From the NCBI RefSeq assembly GCF_009914755.1, contig NC_060938.1: a stretch of DNA of 64,000 nucleotides. One strand, written 5' to 3'. Numbering within the stretch: position 1 is the first letter of the stretch; every line of letters starts with the position of its first letter. The position numbers and the translations under genes were made by a program. The notes under the pieces are model-generated. The model did no database searches. It was not told where the DNA came from and saw nothing but the letters and a program-made list of their open reading frames with translations. This document shows, piece by piece, positions 29,301 to 48,539 of the stretch. Source of the stretch: the human T2T-CHM13v2.0 reference genome, Homo sapiens.

Positions 29301-29667
29301 TATTCATTTCTGTAAACATAGAAATAGCTTTGGGAAGACAGTAAAACACCAATAAATGTATCGGCTATTAACAGTTTAGTGTAATGCATTTTTATCAAAA
29401 CTTTTAATTAATAATACAATTTTGGAGAAATTTGTGCAGGTTGTTTCATTAGAGATACATTCTGATGGTCATTCTTGACTGGGAGATCACCCAGCTGCAA
29501 CAGCTTGCTCAGCCTGGGGCTGGTTAGTCTGCAAGTGCTACAAATAAGTATTAGAAATGGTGAGCAAGAGAGATATGGGAACCACAAGGATGTTGGTGAT
29601 AGAATTCTTTTATTTTACAGATTTACCCAGAACAAGCTTTACCCTGAGTGGCTTTTATACTGTCTGT

Positions 29668-29822
29668 ATCAGTATTATCTTCTGAGGCCCCAGATAATAT
29701 TCAGATTTCGAGATCCAGCATTAGGCCTCTGGAACTAGAATCATTAAGTGGGAACTTGGAAATCTGTATTTTTAACCAGCTCCCCAGGGCTTCTTACGTA
29801 CTCTGAGTTCTGAGAGCCAATG
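29668..29822 (+). mobile_element. MER5-like hAT fragment
   Basis: 'ggaaatctgtatttttaaccagctcccc...ttctgagagccaatg'. Confidence 0.55.
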
Positions 29823-30629
29823 CATGATTAACATGATGAATTAAGAAAACATTTGGATTTAGTAACTGTTCATAAGAATTTTGTCTGCCACTCACATTCC
29901 TAATATTTATTTCACCATTTTTCAGGTAATTAGTTTCAGTTCTGTCACAGTGATCAACATTACCTAGTAATTTATATCATTGCTTGGATGTTTAAAAAAT
30001 AAATTACATATGTGTGGTTACAGTTCATTTCACCAATCATAAATTTGTTTTGCCATATTATTACCAACTAGAATTTTGTTTAAATGGTAATGCCTACCTA
30101 TCATTTATAATGGCAATAATTCTAATTTTAAAAGACTGAGTGATAATGTCATAATGAAAATTAAGCAATTGTATCACGAAATAATATCCCGAAAAAGGCA
30201 AATAATTCCTAATGGTTGTGTTCTCAAATTAAAAAAATTAGAATGCTTGTATTATTTAAGCTATGTTTAAAAATTCAGATTTTAGAAATTCACATAGAGC
30301 CATCAAAATTCATTTAAAAGCAAAGTAATAAAATTTTATTTTCTACTGATAGCTTGAGAAAAAATAACTAAATTCAATAAAAATATCTGCTATACAATCA
30401 GTTTCTATGTGAAAGTTTATAGACATAAAATAATGGGAAAGATGGTAGTTTTGAAAATTATACTGAAAAGCACACAAAGGAAGAAAGAAAAAAAATTACC
30501 AAATAGTTTTCAATGTTGGCCATTTTTAATGATTTGCTTAAAAGCATATAGCTTATGGGAGAATGTTTTCATAAACATTGAATAAGAAAATATTCTTTTT
30601 TATTATATAAAATTTTATTTTAAATTTAA

Positions 30630-31265
<636 letters not shown>

Positions 31266-31269
31266 TAAT

Positions 31270-32545
31270 CCATATAACAGGAAATATATTTCCAAGGCAC
31301 ATAACCAGTAAAGGGCTTAGAATACACAAAGTTATAAATCAAAGTAAAAACAAATAATCCAATAGAAGTGAGCAAAAGAATTCAAAAGATACTTTATGAA
31401 TATTAGATATTAATAGTTAATAAATATATGAAGATGTATTCAACCTCCTTAGTCATCATGAAAATGCCACAGTGAAACATCATTACACACACAAATGAAT
31501 GGCAAAAACCTGGACATAATGAATAGATATATTAAAAATTAAAACAGGGAATGGTGAATATTAACAAAATGTGAAGCAATGGGAAATCTCATACACTAGT
31601 GGTAATACTATAAATGAGCAAAATCCTACAAAGTTGCAATGATGTAAACTGATTCTACCTGTTTGGAAAATTGTATTTTCTAAAACTACGCATATCTTAG
31701 TACTAAAACATTTCATCCCTAAATATACATAGCTACAAAAGTGTATACACATATCACGTAACACATATACAAGAATGTTTGTGGCAGCTTGATTTGTAAT
31801 AGCTGCACATTGGAACCCATTCACGTTTTCATCAATTGTAAAATAAATTGTGATATATTCATAGAATAAGTATACTGTAGCTATGAGGAAAATAACAATG
31901 AATGAATCTCAAAAATACCATGTTTGCAAAAGATGCAAACACAAGATACAAAAGCATGGTATATATACACAACACAGTATGCTTCTTTTTTTTTTTTTTA
32001 AGGAAATGCTGTTATTTAAAACAAACAACATGGATGAACCTGGAGGACATTATAATAAGGCAAATAAACCAAGCACAAAAAGACAAATACCACATGATCT
32101 CACCTATAAGTGGAACCTAAAATAGTTGAACTCATAGAAGCAGAGAGAAGAATGGTGGTTACTAGGGGCTTGCTGGGTGGGGGCGGTGGGTGTTGAGGGA
32201 TTGTGGAGATGTTTGTTAAAAGAGATAACATTTCAATTAGATAGAAGGAATAAGCTAAATTAACTTATTCTACAAGGTAATTAATACAGTTAATAACAAT
32301 GCGTTATATTCTAGAAAACCACCAGATTTTAAGTGTTTTCACTGTACAAAATAAGTAAATGAAGTAATAAATATTTAATTAGCTTGAGTTAGCCATTCCA
32401 CAATGTGTACATATTTCAAAATAGCATGTGTATGTGATAAATATATATGATTTTGGTCAAATTTTTTAAAACATGAAAACATAAAATAGTATATATTGTG
32501 TGATTCCACTTGTATGAAGTTCAAAGCCAGACAAAATTAATATTT
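31270..32545 (+). mobile_element. Old L1ME/MC fragment containing an L1MA 3' end (about 32001-32470)
   Basis: 'acatggatgaacctggaggacatt...gaactcatagaagcagagag' (L1MA) lies within older L1 3' sequence. Confidence 0.65.
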
Positions 32546-32549
32546 TTTA

Positions 32550-36708
<4,159 letters not shown>

Positions 36709-36835
36709 CCAACAGACCTGCAGCTGAGGGTCTTGTCTGTTAGAAGGAAAACTAACAAACAGAAAGGACATCCACACCAAAAACCCATCTGTACATCACC
36801 ATCATCAAAGACCAAAAGTAGATACAACCACAAAG

Positions 36836-37851
36836 ATGGGGAAAAAACAGAGCAGATAAACTGGAAACTCTAAAAAGCAGAGCGCCTCTCCTCCTCCAAA
36901 GGAACGCAGTTCCTCACCAGCAACGGAACAAAGCTGGATGGAGAATGACTTTGACGAGCAGAGAGAAGAAGGCTTCAGATGATCAAACTACTCCGAGCTA
37001 CCGGAGGAAATTCAAACCAAAGGCAAAGAAGTTGAAAACTTTGAAAAAAATTTAGAAGAATGTATAACTAGAATAACCAATACAGAGAAGTGCTTAAAGG
37101 AGCTGATGGAGCTGAAAACCAAGGCTCGAGAACTACGTGAAGAATGCAGAAGCCTCAGGAGCCAAAGCGATCAACTGGAGAAAGGGTATCAGCAATGGAA
37201 GATGAAATGAATGAAATGAAGGGAGAAGGGAAGTTTAGAGAAAAAAGAATAAAAAGAAATGAGCAAAGCCTCCAAGAAATATGGGACTATGTGAAAAGAC
37301 GAAATCTACGTCTGATTGGTGTACCTGAAAGTGACGGGGAGAATGGAACCAAGTTGGAAAACACTCTGCAGGATATTATCCAGGAGAACTTCCCCAATCT
37401 AGCAAGGCAGGCCAACATTCAGATTCAGGAAATACAGAGAACGCCACAAAGATACTCCTCGAGAAGAGCAACTCCAAGACACATAATTGTCAGATTCACC
37501 AAAGTTGAAATGAAGGAAAAAATGTTAAGGGCAGCCAGAGAGAAAGGTCGGGTTACCCACAAAGGGAAGCCCATCAGACTAACAGGGGATCTCTCGGCAG
37601 AAACTCTAAAAGCCAGAAGAGAGTGGGGGCCAATATTCAACATTCTTAAAGAAAAGAATTTTCAACCCAGAACTTCATATCCAGCCAAACTAAGCTTCAT
37701 AAGTGAAGGAGAAATAAAATACTTTACAGACAAGCAAATGCTGAGAGATTTTGTCACCACCAGGCCTGTCCTAAAAGAGCTCCTGAAGGAAGCACTAAAC
37801 ATGGAAAGGAACAACCGGTACCAGCCACTGCAAAATCATGCCAAAATGTAA
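36836..37851 (+). pseudogene. L1 ORF1: L1 ORF1 with premature stop and frameshift
   Basis: ATGGGGAAAAAACAG at 36836; TGA near 36980; the C-terminal part is open as 37144-37851. Confidence 0.9.
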
Positions 37852-38269
37852 AGACCATCGAGACTAGGAAGAAATTGCATCAACTAATGAGCAAAATAAC
37901 CAGCTATCATCATAATGACAGGATCAAATTCACACATAACAATATTAACTTTAAATGTAAATGGACTAAATGCTACAATTAAAAGACACAGACTGGCAAA
38001 TTGGATAAAGAGTTAAGACCCATCAGTGTGCTGTATTCAGGAAACCCATCTCACATGCAGAGACACACATAGGCTCAAAATAAAAGGATGGAGGAAGATC
38101 TACCAAGCAAATGGAAAACAAAAAAAGGCAGGGGTTGCAATCCTAGTCTCTGATAAAACAGACTTTAAACCAGCAAAGATCAAGAGACAAAGAAGGCCAT
38201 TACATAATGGTAAAGGGATCAATTCAACAAGAAGAGCTAACTATCCTAAATATATATGCACCGAATACA

Positions 38270-38968
38270 ATACATACAAATTTGTTAGGTATATGAAAAA
38301 ATACTCAATATCACTTATCATCAAAGAAATGCAAATTAAAACCACAATGAAATATCACCTCACACCTAGCAGACTGGCTTTTATCAAAAAGTTAAAAGTT
38401 TTTGTAAAGATGTGGAGAAAAGGGAACCCTTGCACATTGTTGGTGGCGATGTAAACTAGTACAGCCATTATGAAAATCTGGAGGCTTTTCAAAATATTAA
38501 TAATGAAACTGCCATGTGATTCAGCGATTTCACTACTGTTTATCCAAAGGAAATAAAATCAGTATTTTGAAAGATATCTTCACTCCTATGCTTGTTGCAG
38601 CATTATTCACAATAGCCAATATATGGAATCAATCAGTCAAAGTGTCCATAAATTGATGAATAAATAAAGAAAATGTGGTACAGATACACAATGCAATATG
38701 AATTAGCCTTAAAAAGGAATGAAATTCTGTCATTTGAGATAACATGGATGAAGCTAGAGAACATTATGTTAAGTAAAGTAAGCCATGCACGGAAAGACAA
38801 ACACTGCATGATCTCAATTATATGTGGAATCTAAATAAGTCAAACTTAGAGGAGTAGAGGATAGAATCGTCCTTAACCGGGGCTGGGAGATGGTTAAAGG
38901 ATACAAAATTTCAGTTAGATAGGAGGAATATCTTTAAGAGATTTGTTGTAGAAAATAGTGACTATAGG
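38270..38968 (+). mobile_element. L1MA 3' fragment
   Basis: 'gaaatgcaaattaaaaccacaatg', 'aggatacaaaatttcagttagataggaggaata'. Confidence 0.8.
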
Positions 38969-39278
38969 GGCCGGGCGTGGTGGCTCATGCCTATAATCGC
39001 AGCACTTTGGGAGGCCGAGGCAGGTGGATCACGAGGTCAGGAGTTCGAGACCAGCCTGGCCAACATAGTGAAACCCCGTCTCTACTAAAAATACTGAAAA
39101 TTAGCCAGGCGTGGTGGCAGGCGCCTGCAATCCCAGCTACTCATGAGGTTGAGGCAGGAGAATCGGTTGAACTGGGAGGCAGAGGATGCACTGAGCCAAG
39201 ATCACGCCACTGCACTCCAGCCAGGGCGACAGTGAGAGACTTGGTCTCAAAAAAAAAAAAAAGAAAGAAAGAAAGAAA
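38969..39278 (+). mobile_element. AluS (Sg-like), full length
   Basis: 'ggccgggcgtggtggctc...ggatcacgaggtcaggagttcgagaccagcctggccaac'; A/(GAAA)n tail; degenerate TSD gaaaatagtgactatagg / gataaaagtgagtatggt. Confidence 0.92.
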
Positions 39279-40536
39279 GATAAAAGTGAGTATGGTAAAT
39301 TGTAAGTGATTTTGAAAAAAATTTTAAAAGACAACAATTAGAATGAATAAGTATCTGTCAAAAATGAACTAGTACTTAAACTGGATTAATGTTCATAGCT
39401 ATAGTATCTTTAATTTGTATTTTTTAGCTTCCTTAATTTTTTTGGTCTTATAAGTATTCCTTACATTTCTTTGTAATCTTTACAATAAGATGTTAAAGGC
39501 GAGCTCAGTGTTTTCTGCATTCTTAGATCCTTTTGTCAATAACTTTTCATTTCCTTAAAGTCTGTGCTTTAAAAATCAGCCAACCAACCAACCAACAGGA
39601 AACAAACACATTGTGGCCTCTCGTTATAATTTCTATCCAGTGCAAAACTTAATTGATATTATGTGGTTATAATTCCAAGAGTACAAAAGGGCGTATGGTG
39701 AAACTAAGCCTTTTCTCCAAATTCCATCAACATAGAAAAATGTAGGCAGACTGCATGTTCTTTCAGGGATATTTTAGGCTCATTGGTTTATATACACAAA
39801 TGCATCTCTGTGAAAAATAGCACATTTCATACATCTGGAATTGCTTTCATTCAATAATGTCTCTTGGTAGTCATGCCCTATTAATAAATTTTTGTAAGAG
39901 CTGCCATGGAATACTTAGCATAGTTGTGCCATAACTGATTTATTAATTTTCTATGTATTTGCTACTACAAGCAATGTTCAATAAACTACTCTCTCTATGT
40001 AAATATATATGGTAGATATAGATATATATAATTTGAGTGTTTATGATGGTGTATATTTAAGATGGATTATTAAAAGGAGAATTACTGTTAAAATATTTCC
40101 AAATATTATTTTAAAGTATATAATACATTACAATTTACAACCATGAAGAATATGATTTATAATATGTGAGGCATATGAAGGTACCTGTTTTCCTTCACAT
40201 TTTATATTTTGATCTTTGCATGCCAATAATGGATATTTGGTATTTCAATGCACATTGCATTTTCCTTTCTCATATAATTTAGGCTTTATAACTTTGAATA
40301 TGATTAAAAACCATTTGTATTTTCTTTTCCCAATAAACAATTTGCTTACATATTTTGTCCCTTTTTCTACTCTTTTTATCTGCAGGACTTTCTCATGTTT
40401 GACCTTCCATACCCATTTCTGTGTTGAGAGCTACTCATCATCCAGTTCATTTTGGAACATAGCCTAATGTTAGCTTTGTCTGTTGCTTGAATCTGTGATT
40501 TTTTTTCATTTATTTTAAATCTTTCTCCTTTGATGT

Positions 40537-40910
40537 ATTATTAGTCCATTCTCATGTTGCTATAAAGAATTGTCTGAGACTGGGTAATTTATAAAAGAAA
40601 GAAGTTTAATGGCTTCACAGTTACACATAGCTGGGGAGGCCTTGGGAAACTTACAATTGTGGGGAAAGGAGAAGAAAACACATCCTTTTTCACATGATGG
40701 CAGGAAGGAGAAGTGCTGAGAAAAAGGGGGAAAAGCCCCTTATGAAACCATCAGATCTCATGAGAACTCATTCAATATCATGAGAATAGCATAAGAGTAA
40801 TAGCTCCCATGATTCAATTACCTCCCACCAGGTCCCTCCCAAGACAGAGGGGATTATGGAAACTACAATTCAAGATGAGATTTGGGTGTGGACACAGTCA
40901 AACCATATCA
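40537..40910 (-). mobile_element. THE1D/C-like solo LTR
   Basis: 'tattagtccattctca...gagactgggtaatttataaa...aaccatatca'; gatgt on both sides. Confidence 0.88.
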
Positions 40911-43900
40911 GATGTCAAACAGGCTTGTTTTCTAGAGTCACAAAACTGCTGTCCCTTGATTTGCCATATTTCTATGCATTCAGTGATAAACTTTTAAAAG
41001 ACCAGTATTTATATAGTTCTACTTTCTTATTTTTGTCTAACTCTGTAAAATTTTGTAATATAAGTAATTTTTCTATCACTTAAATTGTACTCTTGCATCA
41101 TTAGAGTCATTTTAATCTTTAATTAGAAGATATTTGTAATCCTTCTGTATTTGATTTTATTTAACATTTGTACCTGTTGATTACTGTCTCCCTCTTGAAA
41201 ACCAATGTAATGCAGTTCTAGATCTTCTCAATACTCTGAGGATTATTTGCCTTATTTCAGATTTTGGGGGCCTTCTCTCTATATAATCTTCTACTAATGA
41301 TTAGATGCTGTGTTATCACATCACCTGTTTTTCAGTGATACTGTCACATATTTGTTTCTCTCTTAAATTCTAGTATGAATAGAAATCTGCATTTGCATTA
41401 TCAGCTTTATTTGAATAAACTTCTCACATTTTAAACTTAGTAAGTCTATAAACAAACCCATTATTTTCTCTTCAATATTCCTCTAGCTTATTTCTATTCT
41501 CTAAATGACATCACCATTTTTCTTGCTTTTGCTTTTTTTATTCTTTCCAAAATATTTAAAAACTGTTATGTCTCAAACAATTAGTAGGAGAAATAAATAC
41601 GTAAATTCTGAAATAGGATGAAAGCAGAAAGCAGATTAGAGTTGGAGATCATGACCACATGATTATAGGAGTTCTATAATCATGAGAAACTTTATAGCAT
41701 GTAGCTAAAATCCATGAACTGGAAGAATGAATAGGATAAGCATTTAGTCATCATCTTTAGTGCTTAATTGAAGGATTGCTGTACTGGTTAACTCTTCTAT
41801 ACCTCTGTGTTGTAAGCATCTGTGTGCCAAGGGCTTCTGTGTATTTAGGGTTCCTGCAGTTATTCCATTCCCATATATCTAAGAAGCCACAAACAGAAAG
41901 AAAGAGGCTCACAGTAGATACCTTGGCAGGCATATTTGATTTACACTTATAAGAGGCTGTCCTCTGATGGCTAAAAGTACATGGAGCTAGTTGCTGCAGT
42001 TGTTACCAAAGTAAGAGTTGATAGACTAGAAGTAAAGCATAAGAAATGTCTGGCTCATTGTAATTGTCCTGTATTTTAACAGACCAGATTACTATTCATT
42101 TACAAAACCTGATCTCTACTTTCTCACTTGGTGACTTTGATTGAGCTAATGTGTACCTTCAGGTGCCCTTCATTCTATATCTGCCAATCCTAATCCCACC
42201 CATTCTTTAGTTCCCAGCTTAAATTATCCCTCCTTGAGTTTGGCTCATTACTAAAAACCTATCTTTTTTTCCTAACTTGTATATACCAATAAGGGGTCTT
42301 TGGTGGCCTTAATTAAATGAATCTTTTTTAAAGACAAGAATAGGTTTCTTTTCTTTGTAGTGTTTGATTAATTCCATCCAAACTATTGAGATTGAAAATG
42401 TTTCTCATGGTGCTATTATATCTGTGACCAGTTATTAATTCTATTTTTTACCTCAGTTGTCTCATCTATATCATCTGGGTTAATAATATGTATTTTGCTA
42501 AGTTACTAAAAATTTTAATTAATGAACTGTAAGTAATGTGCTTGCACAGAGTAAATGTCCTCCAAAACTTATTTTCCCACCTGCAAGGCCATGGTAGGAA
42601 CCTATTGTTTTCTATGTTCCTTTGAATTAACTAATTGCAAATGAAGTTGTCTACAGTTAAGCAATGCTTTGCTCTTCAGTGAGGATGACACATTTTTTTT
42701 GCTTTATTTTATTCGCTGATTGCCACAGAGATTATATTGCCACCATGGAAGAGGAGGAGCTGGAAGGAGATTCTGAAGCCTTGGGACAAAGCTGGTGCTG
42801 CGGCAGTCAGAGCAGAGAGACAGAATGATGCCACTGATTGCTGTGCTTTTGGAGACTGTTCTACTTCTGAATTTCCAATTCAGTGAAATAATGCCTGTCC
42901 TCATTTATTAGCCTTTTAGAGTTGGGTTTTCTGGTTTGCTTTGTTTAAAGTATTCAAAATGGCACATACTTCTACTTAGCTTTAATGTTTCTTCTTTTTA
43001 TTTATCTTAGGCTCTGCTGCTGTCCTGTCCATAAGGTTATTTGTTGGTAAAATATTAAACTACAGGAAACATAACAGCCTCAGAAAAGCATGACTCAACA
43101 TGAGCCTGGGACAACTCAGGGTCTCTCTACTGTGCACAGCATTTGTTCTGCTTTCAAGGCTCCCCACAGCATCTGAAGCTTTACATCCCTGGAGGCAACT
43201 GCCCATATGTTTACCTTTATTACCAACTGCAGTTTCCAGGCATCTGCTAAATTACAATTTTGAGTGCTTAATGGTGATTTCATTTGTGTAAAAAAAAAGG
43301 GGGGAGACTCTTTGCCCCTCATTAACTTAGAATGGCATTGCACCACACCGTAGAGCTGGCATATAGGTATATTGAAAGAAGTGGGTAGAGCTAAGAGGAT
43401 TAGAAGCTTATGTGTGCCGTGAGGAGGTAAGAATCAGGTTGTGTTCATGTGTGTTTATGTCCTTTCTTGGAACAATAAAGTAAACAGATTTTCTCCTCTG
43501 AGAGAAAGAAAGTTTCAATAATATAGAAATAGCTTTGCCCCTATCTAGGGCCCTTATGTCTTTTTAACCCCAAGGGGCATATCACAGAGTGTATAGGAGA
43601 ATATGGCAATATATCAAAGGCGATAAAGGCCACAGAGCTACAGATGTTCCCCCATCCTATGCAAGCTGCTTCTCTATAGAGCCTTCCATTCTGCAAAGCT
43701 TCCAGCTTGTTCTGTCATAGCACCTGATTAGACAGCCGTGCCTCCAACACTCTTGGCTGTCCTTTCTTTCCTTGGTTAACTTCTCTTGTCAGTGCAGTTG
43801 AGTTATCAACATGGTATAAGTGTTACATCAATACCATTTCAGAAATAAAACACTAGCCATGCAAAGGCTGAAGCAAATTGTTTTCCAACTAAATGCTGGC

Positions 43901-44404
43901 AGCCTGCTCTTATAGATTAAGACCAGGTTTCTCCACAAAGCACTGAAGCAGCAAATTTAAAAGGAGGCAAATAGAACATAGACTATATAGCAACAGAGAT
44001 AAAACAGTTCATTACCTAGCTAATGTTTGCATTTTTCTGCTTTAGAGCATGTAAAAAATTAGAGATAACAAAATGACACTTAATAGACGCTGGACATGTA
44101 GAGGGAAATGTAGCTTTTAAAGACATTTTTCTTCTATTCCTGGCAAAAGTAAGCGAGGGAAAGGTGAATGTAGCAGGTACAAATCACACAGGCAGAAAAT
44201 ACAGAGGAAAGACCTAAAGCCTAACTCAATTCTATGGATTTTAATTATGGAAATCTGGCCAAGTCACTCCCCTCCTTGCAGGGATTGTTATTACTTTATT
44301 ATGAAAAAATTGAAACAGTTGTCTTCTCTACTGCACAGGGTTGTGGCAAAAACAAAATGGCATTGTGAATGTAAAAGTTCATTAAAAACTCTAAAATGTG
44401 ATAG

Positions 44405-44723
<319 letters not shown>

Positions 44724-45498
44724 AAACCACTTTTTTTTTTTTTTTTTTTTTTTACATAAAGATGCATTACAATTGAGTTTTCAATCTCATGACACAAGAG
44801 TCACAAAGACACAGAACATTTAGCTGACACTGAGATAGTTATGATTCACAAAGACATTTTAGAAACTATTGAATTCATCTACAGCTACAGTCCATACAGC
44901 TCTCTGCCAGGGAGTTTTTCTGCCTGCATTTGGACATGTACTGTGACAGAGAGTTCAGCATTTATTTGTTTGAGTCCAACCTCTCCTCTCTGCAGTGAGC
45001 TGGATCATGCCATGCATAAAGCATGGGGTCTTCTAAGAAAAGGGCGCAAGTCCTTGCTTTGCCACTTAATATTTTTCTAATACCGAGCAAGTTACTCTCA
45101 GATACCACTGCCTCATTTATAAAAGTTTGATAATAATGCTACACATGTCAAAGGGTTATCATAGGGTTAGAAAAGTCCATTTCAGATGCTAGTTATTATT
45201 TTGAAGTGAGAATTCATTGTATCTTAAGAAATATGTTATATTTGTTGACTGAACACAGGCAGCAATAACAGAGTGCTATAGATAATATGTGTCATTCATA
45301 TTCAAATACCTCTCATAAATGTTATCTTTTAGAAAATATGTTATTAGCCCTCAGAAATAATAAAGGATTACACATGAACTCTGGATCCCCTCAACACAGC
45401 TTAATAAAAAGCCACTGTGCTTTTTCTTTTAAAACAGAAAAAGAAACGTGTTTGGATATCAATGATCTTCAGTAACTCATAGAATAGAGCATAGGCTG

Positions 45499-45776
45499 GG
45501 CCTGTGTAATGGCTCAGGCCTGTAATCCCAGCTCTTTGGGAGGCTGAGGCAGGAGGATGGCTTGAGCCCAGGAGTTCAAGACCAGCTGGGTCAACAAAGT
45601 AAGACCTCGTCTCAACAAAAAAATTAAAAAGTTAGCCAGATGTAGTGGTGTGTGCCTGTGGTCCCATCTACTAGGGAGGTGAGGTAGGAGGATCGCTCAG
45701 GCCTGCAGTGAGCCGTGATTGCACTACTGCACTCCAGCTTAGGTGACAGAGACAGCCCCTGTCTCAAAAAAAAAAA
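45499..45776 (+). mobile_element. AluJ
   Basis: 'ggaggatggcttgagcccaggagttcaagacc'; TSD agaatagagcataggct / agaatagaacattggct. Confidence 0.9.
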
Positions 45777-46289
45777 AGAATAGAACATTGGCTAGTAATC
45801 TAATCGGTGCTAAAGGCATTTGGCATTACCAGGCACCAGGCACAGGCTGGAGTAAGACAAAATTGTCATGTTTTGACATGTCATGAGACAAAATTTATCC
45901 TTGCCATTTTCTAGGCTCTTGCCTTTCTCCTGATTTTCCCTGCATAGGTCAGACTCCTCACCTTCCCACTGCATTTTCTTCACTCTTCTTAGAAAAGGGG
46001 ATTCTCTTGTTCTTCATTAGGTGCTTCAACTGATTTAATGAGCATCAACTAATTTCACTTGTTTGTGTTTGGGTCATTCACTTTTCAAAGTGTTCATTCA
46101 GTTACTTCATCCATAAAATGGTGACAATGACATCACAGCTTTGTTTAATAATTAAATAAGACAATCTGTGTAAAGCATTTATCATATTGTCCCACACATA
46201 GTAAAGTTCAATGATTTCATAGATATAATTACAATATCATAATTAAGATAAAGTTTTACATTATACTTTCAAAAGTTAGATTTCCAAAT

Positions 46290-46515
46290 AGAAATAGCTT
46301 GAGAGCTGGAATGACTGTATTTGAAACTCAGATTTATCAGTTACTAGTTGTGTGGCATTAGGCACTGTTTCAACCTTGATTTTCAGTTTTTATATGATGG
46401 GAAATATAGTTAATCATTTAACTACTGCTATTGTGAGGATTAGGTGGGAAAGCCCTGGTCAAAGACTTGGCACTGAAAACATTCATAGTAAATAAATATT
46501 AGCTATTTGTTATTA
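46290..46515 (+). mobile_element. MIR SINE (further MIR-like pieces near 45040-45200, 46090-46215 and 52420-52740)
   Basis: 'ttactagttgtgtggc', 'ttgtgaggatta', 'taaatattagctatt'. Confidence 0.6.
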
Positions 46516-48539
46516 TTGTAGTAGTTTAGGAACAATTTCATATTATGCTTTTTAAAAAATGCATACAATGGGGAATGTTGGTTTTCTATTTTGCCTGTTA
46601 CTAAAAGTTCATGCAAATAATAATGTCCAGAAGTTTAGGGGAAAGAATATTTCCACAAGAACGAAGAGAGAGATTTCACTAATTGTAACTAAGCTTTGTT
46701 CTTCCCGACCCTCTATTTCTGCTTCCAGAAGCTGAGACTCAGGTTAGCATCTCACTGTATTTCTGTGAGGAGGAGATATTGGTGCAAGATCTCAAGCAGA
46801 CAAGCAAAATCCATCCCTATCCAACAACTCCTACCTATTGAGCAAATGATTTAAAAAGTGGTTACTGTGCCATCAGAAAAACTGTTGGGGATTGATGTGT
46901 CTCTTTTTGTTGAACTGGCTGAGTAGATAAGTACACAGAATAACTTATACCATCACTTTATATTTACGCTTACCTAATATGATATTGTTATAGCTGTCTT
47001 GTGAAATCAAGTTGTTTTCAGCTTGCTTCTGTCATTCTTCCTTCTTCTTTGTGATTAAATAGAAACAAATGATGTAAAATATGTGCTGTTTTCTTTACTC
47101 TTCCTAACTTATGTAGGTGGGATGGGTAGCCTTTATTATCTTGGCAAACATAGTGCAGGGATAACTTGCATTGTTGAATTGAGTAGTATAATAGTGACAA
47201 TGCTAAAAACTCAGTGATAGTTCAGGACTAACCACTGAATATTTGTTATACAATATCTCAAAGTTCTCAGCTGGATTATGACATTATTTTATTTAAAATT
47301 TTCTAATATTTAATATGTCTTTTTTCTACATTATTTAAATTGTTTTTATATTCTTTTTTGGTTTTAAAACATAATGAATAAGAACATAAAATAAAACATA
47401 CAAAAAGATTTAACTGCTTAAACATAATGCAAATTTGAGACATATTCATGTAATTGATGGTCTCTAAGCAAGTAATAGTTGATTAAATTGTTTGTAATTT
47501 GTAGAAAAATAAATGCACCAAAATGTTTGTATGCTATATATTGAAATATTATTTTATTATTTCATTCATGCTTATTCATTGAAGACTAGGAGTGATATCT
47601 AGGAGGAACATTTTCTACTTAAAAATTATAAAATATCATTTATTTTTTATTTTAAAAAATCAGATGAGTAGATGCCTTATATACACTGTAATCTCTACAG
47701 CTGGGAGTCTTTATAAATTTATTATGCCAAAATATCCAGTCCATATTTTTTTGGCTGCTAAACTAAATCAAGGTGGGCAAGGAAAATGGTAATTGGGGTA
47801 GGAGTACAGATAAATTCAGAAGAATCAAGAAGACTGTTTAATGTAGAGAAAATAACAAAATTGAAAACAGTGTGTGACAGTTATCATTGTTATGCTTTCC
47901 TGCATCTGAAAATCCTTAATATATTTAGGCAGTTATTGTCATTCATTCACTTACAAATTAATCATGTATATGTGGAGTGCTAACTCTATGTGTGAATATT
48001 AGACTGTGTATGCAGCGGTGAAGTCACTGCCTTCATTGAACTTACATTCTAGAAGTTTGTTGTAGGAAAAAACAGGCTGCTACCCATTATAACAAAAAGA
48101 AAGATACTTTAATTCTCAAGTCCTCTCAGTACTTCCCCGCTATCCCCCTAACTCCTCCTGTGCCCTGCCCCCTCCAGATCCTTTGCAACATGGGCAAGAA
48201 CTTTAACCTAGCTTTAATCACTTAGAAGGAATCATCCAGGATTTTAGATTAGCAGCTATTGATGCAAAGAATAAAGAACAATAGCAAATCCATTCTGGTC
48301 GTATTATTAATGAAGAGAGCAATACCCAATCTCATATCCACAAATTAGATCCCCCATTTATTGATGTTTAATGATTTATATATTTTTACTACATTCTAAT
48401 ATTCTTGTTATTCAAATATAATATTTTCTTTTTATTTTTTTGAGATGAATATTGCTTCAGTTTTATAAATATCTTTGCAAATTTTCCATCTTAAAATATA
48501 ATTAAGCTCACTTCTGCATACTTCTAGAGCTTCCCTATC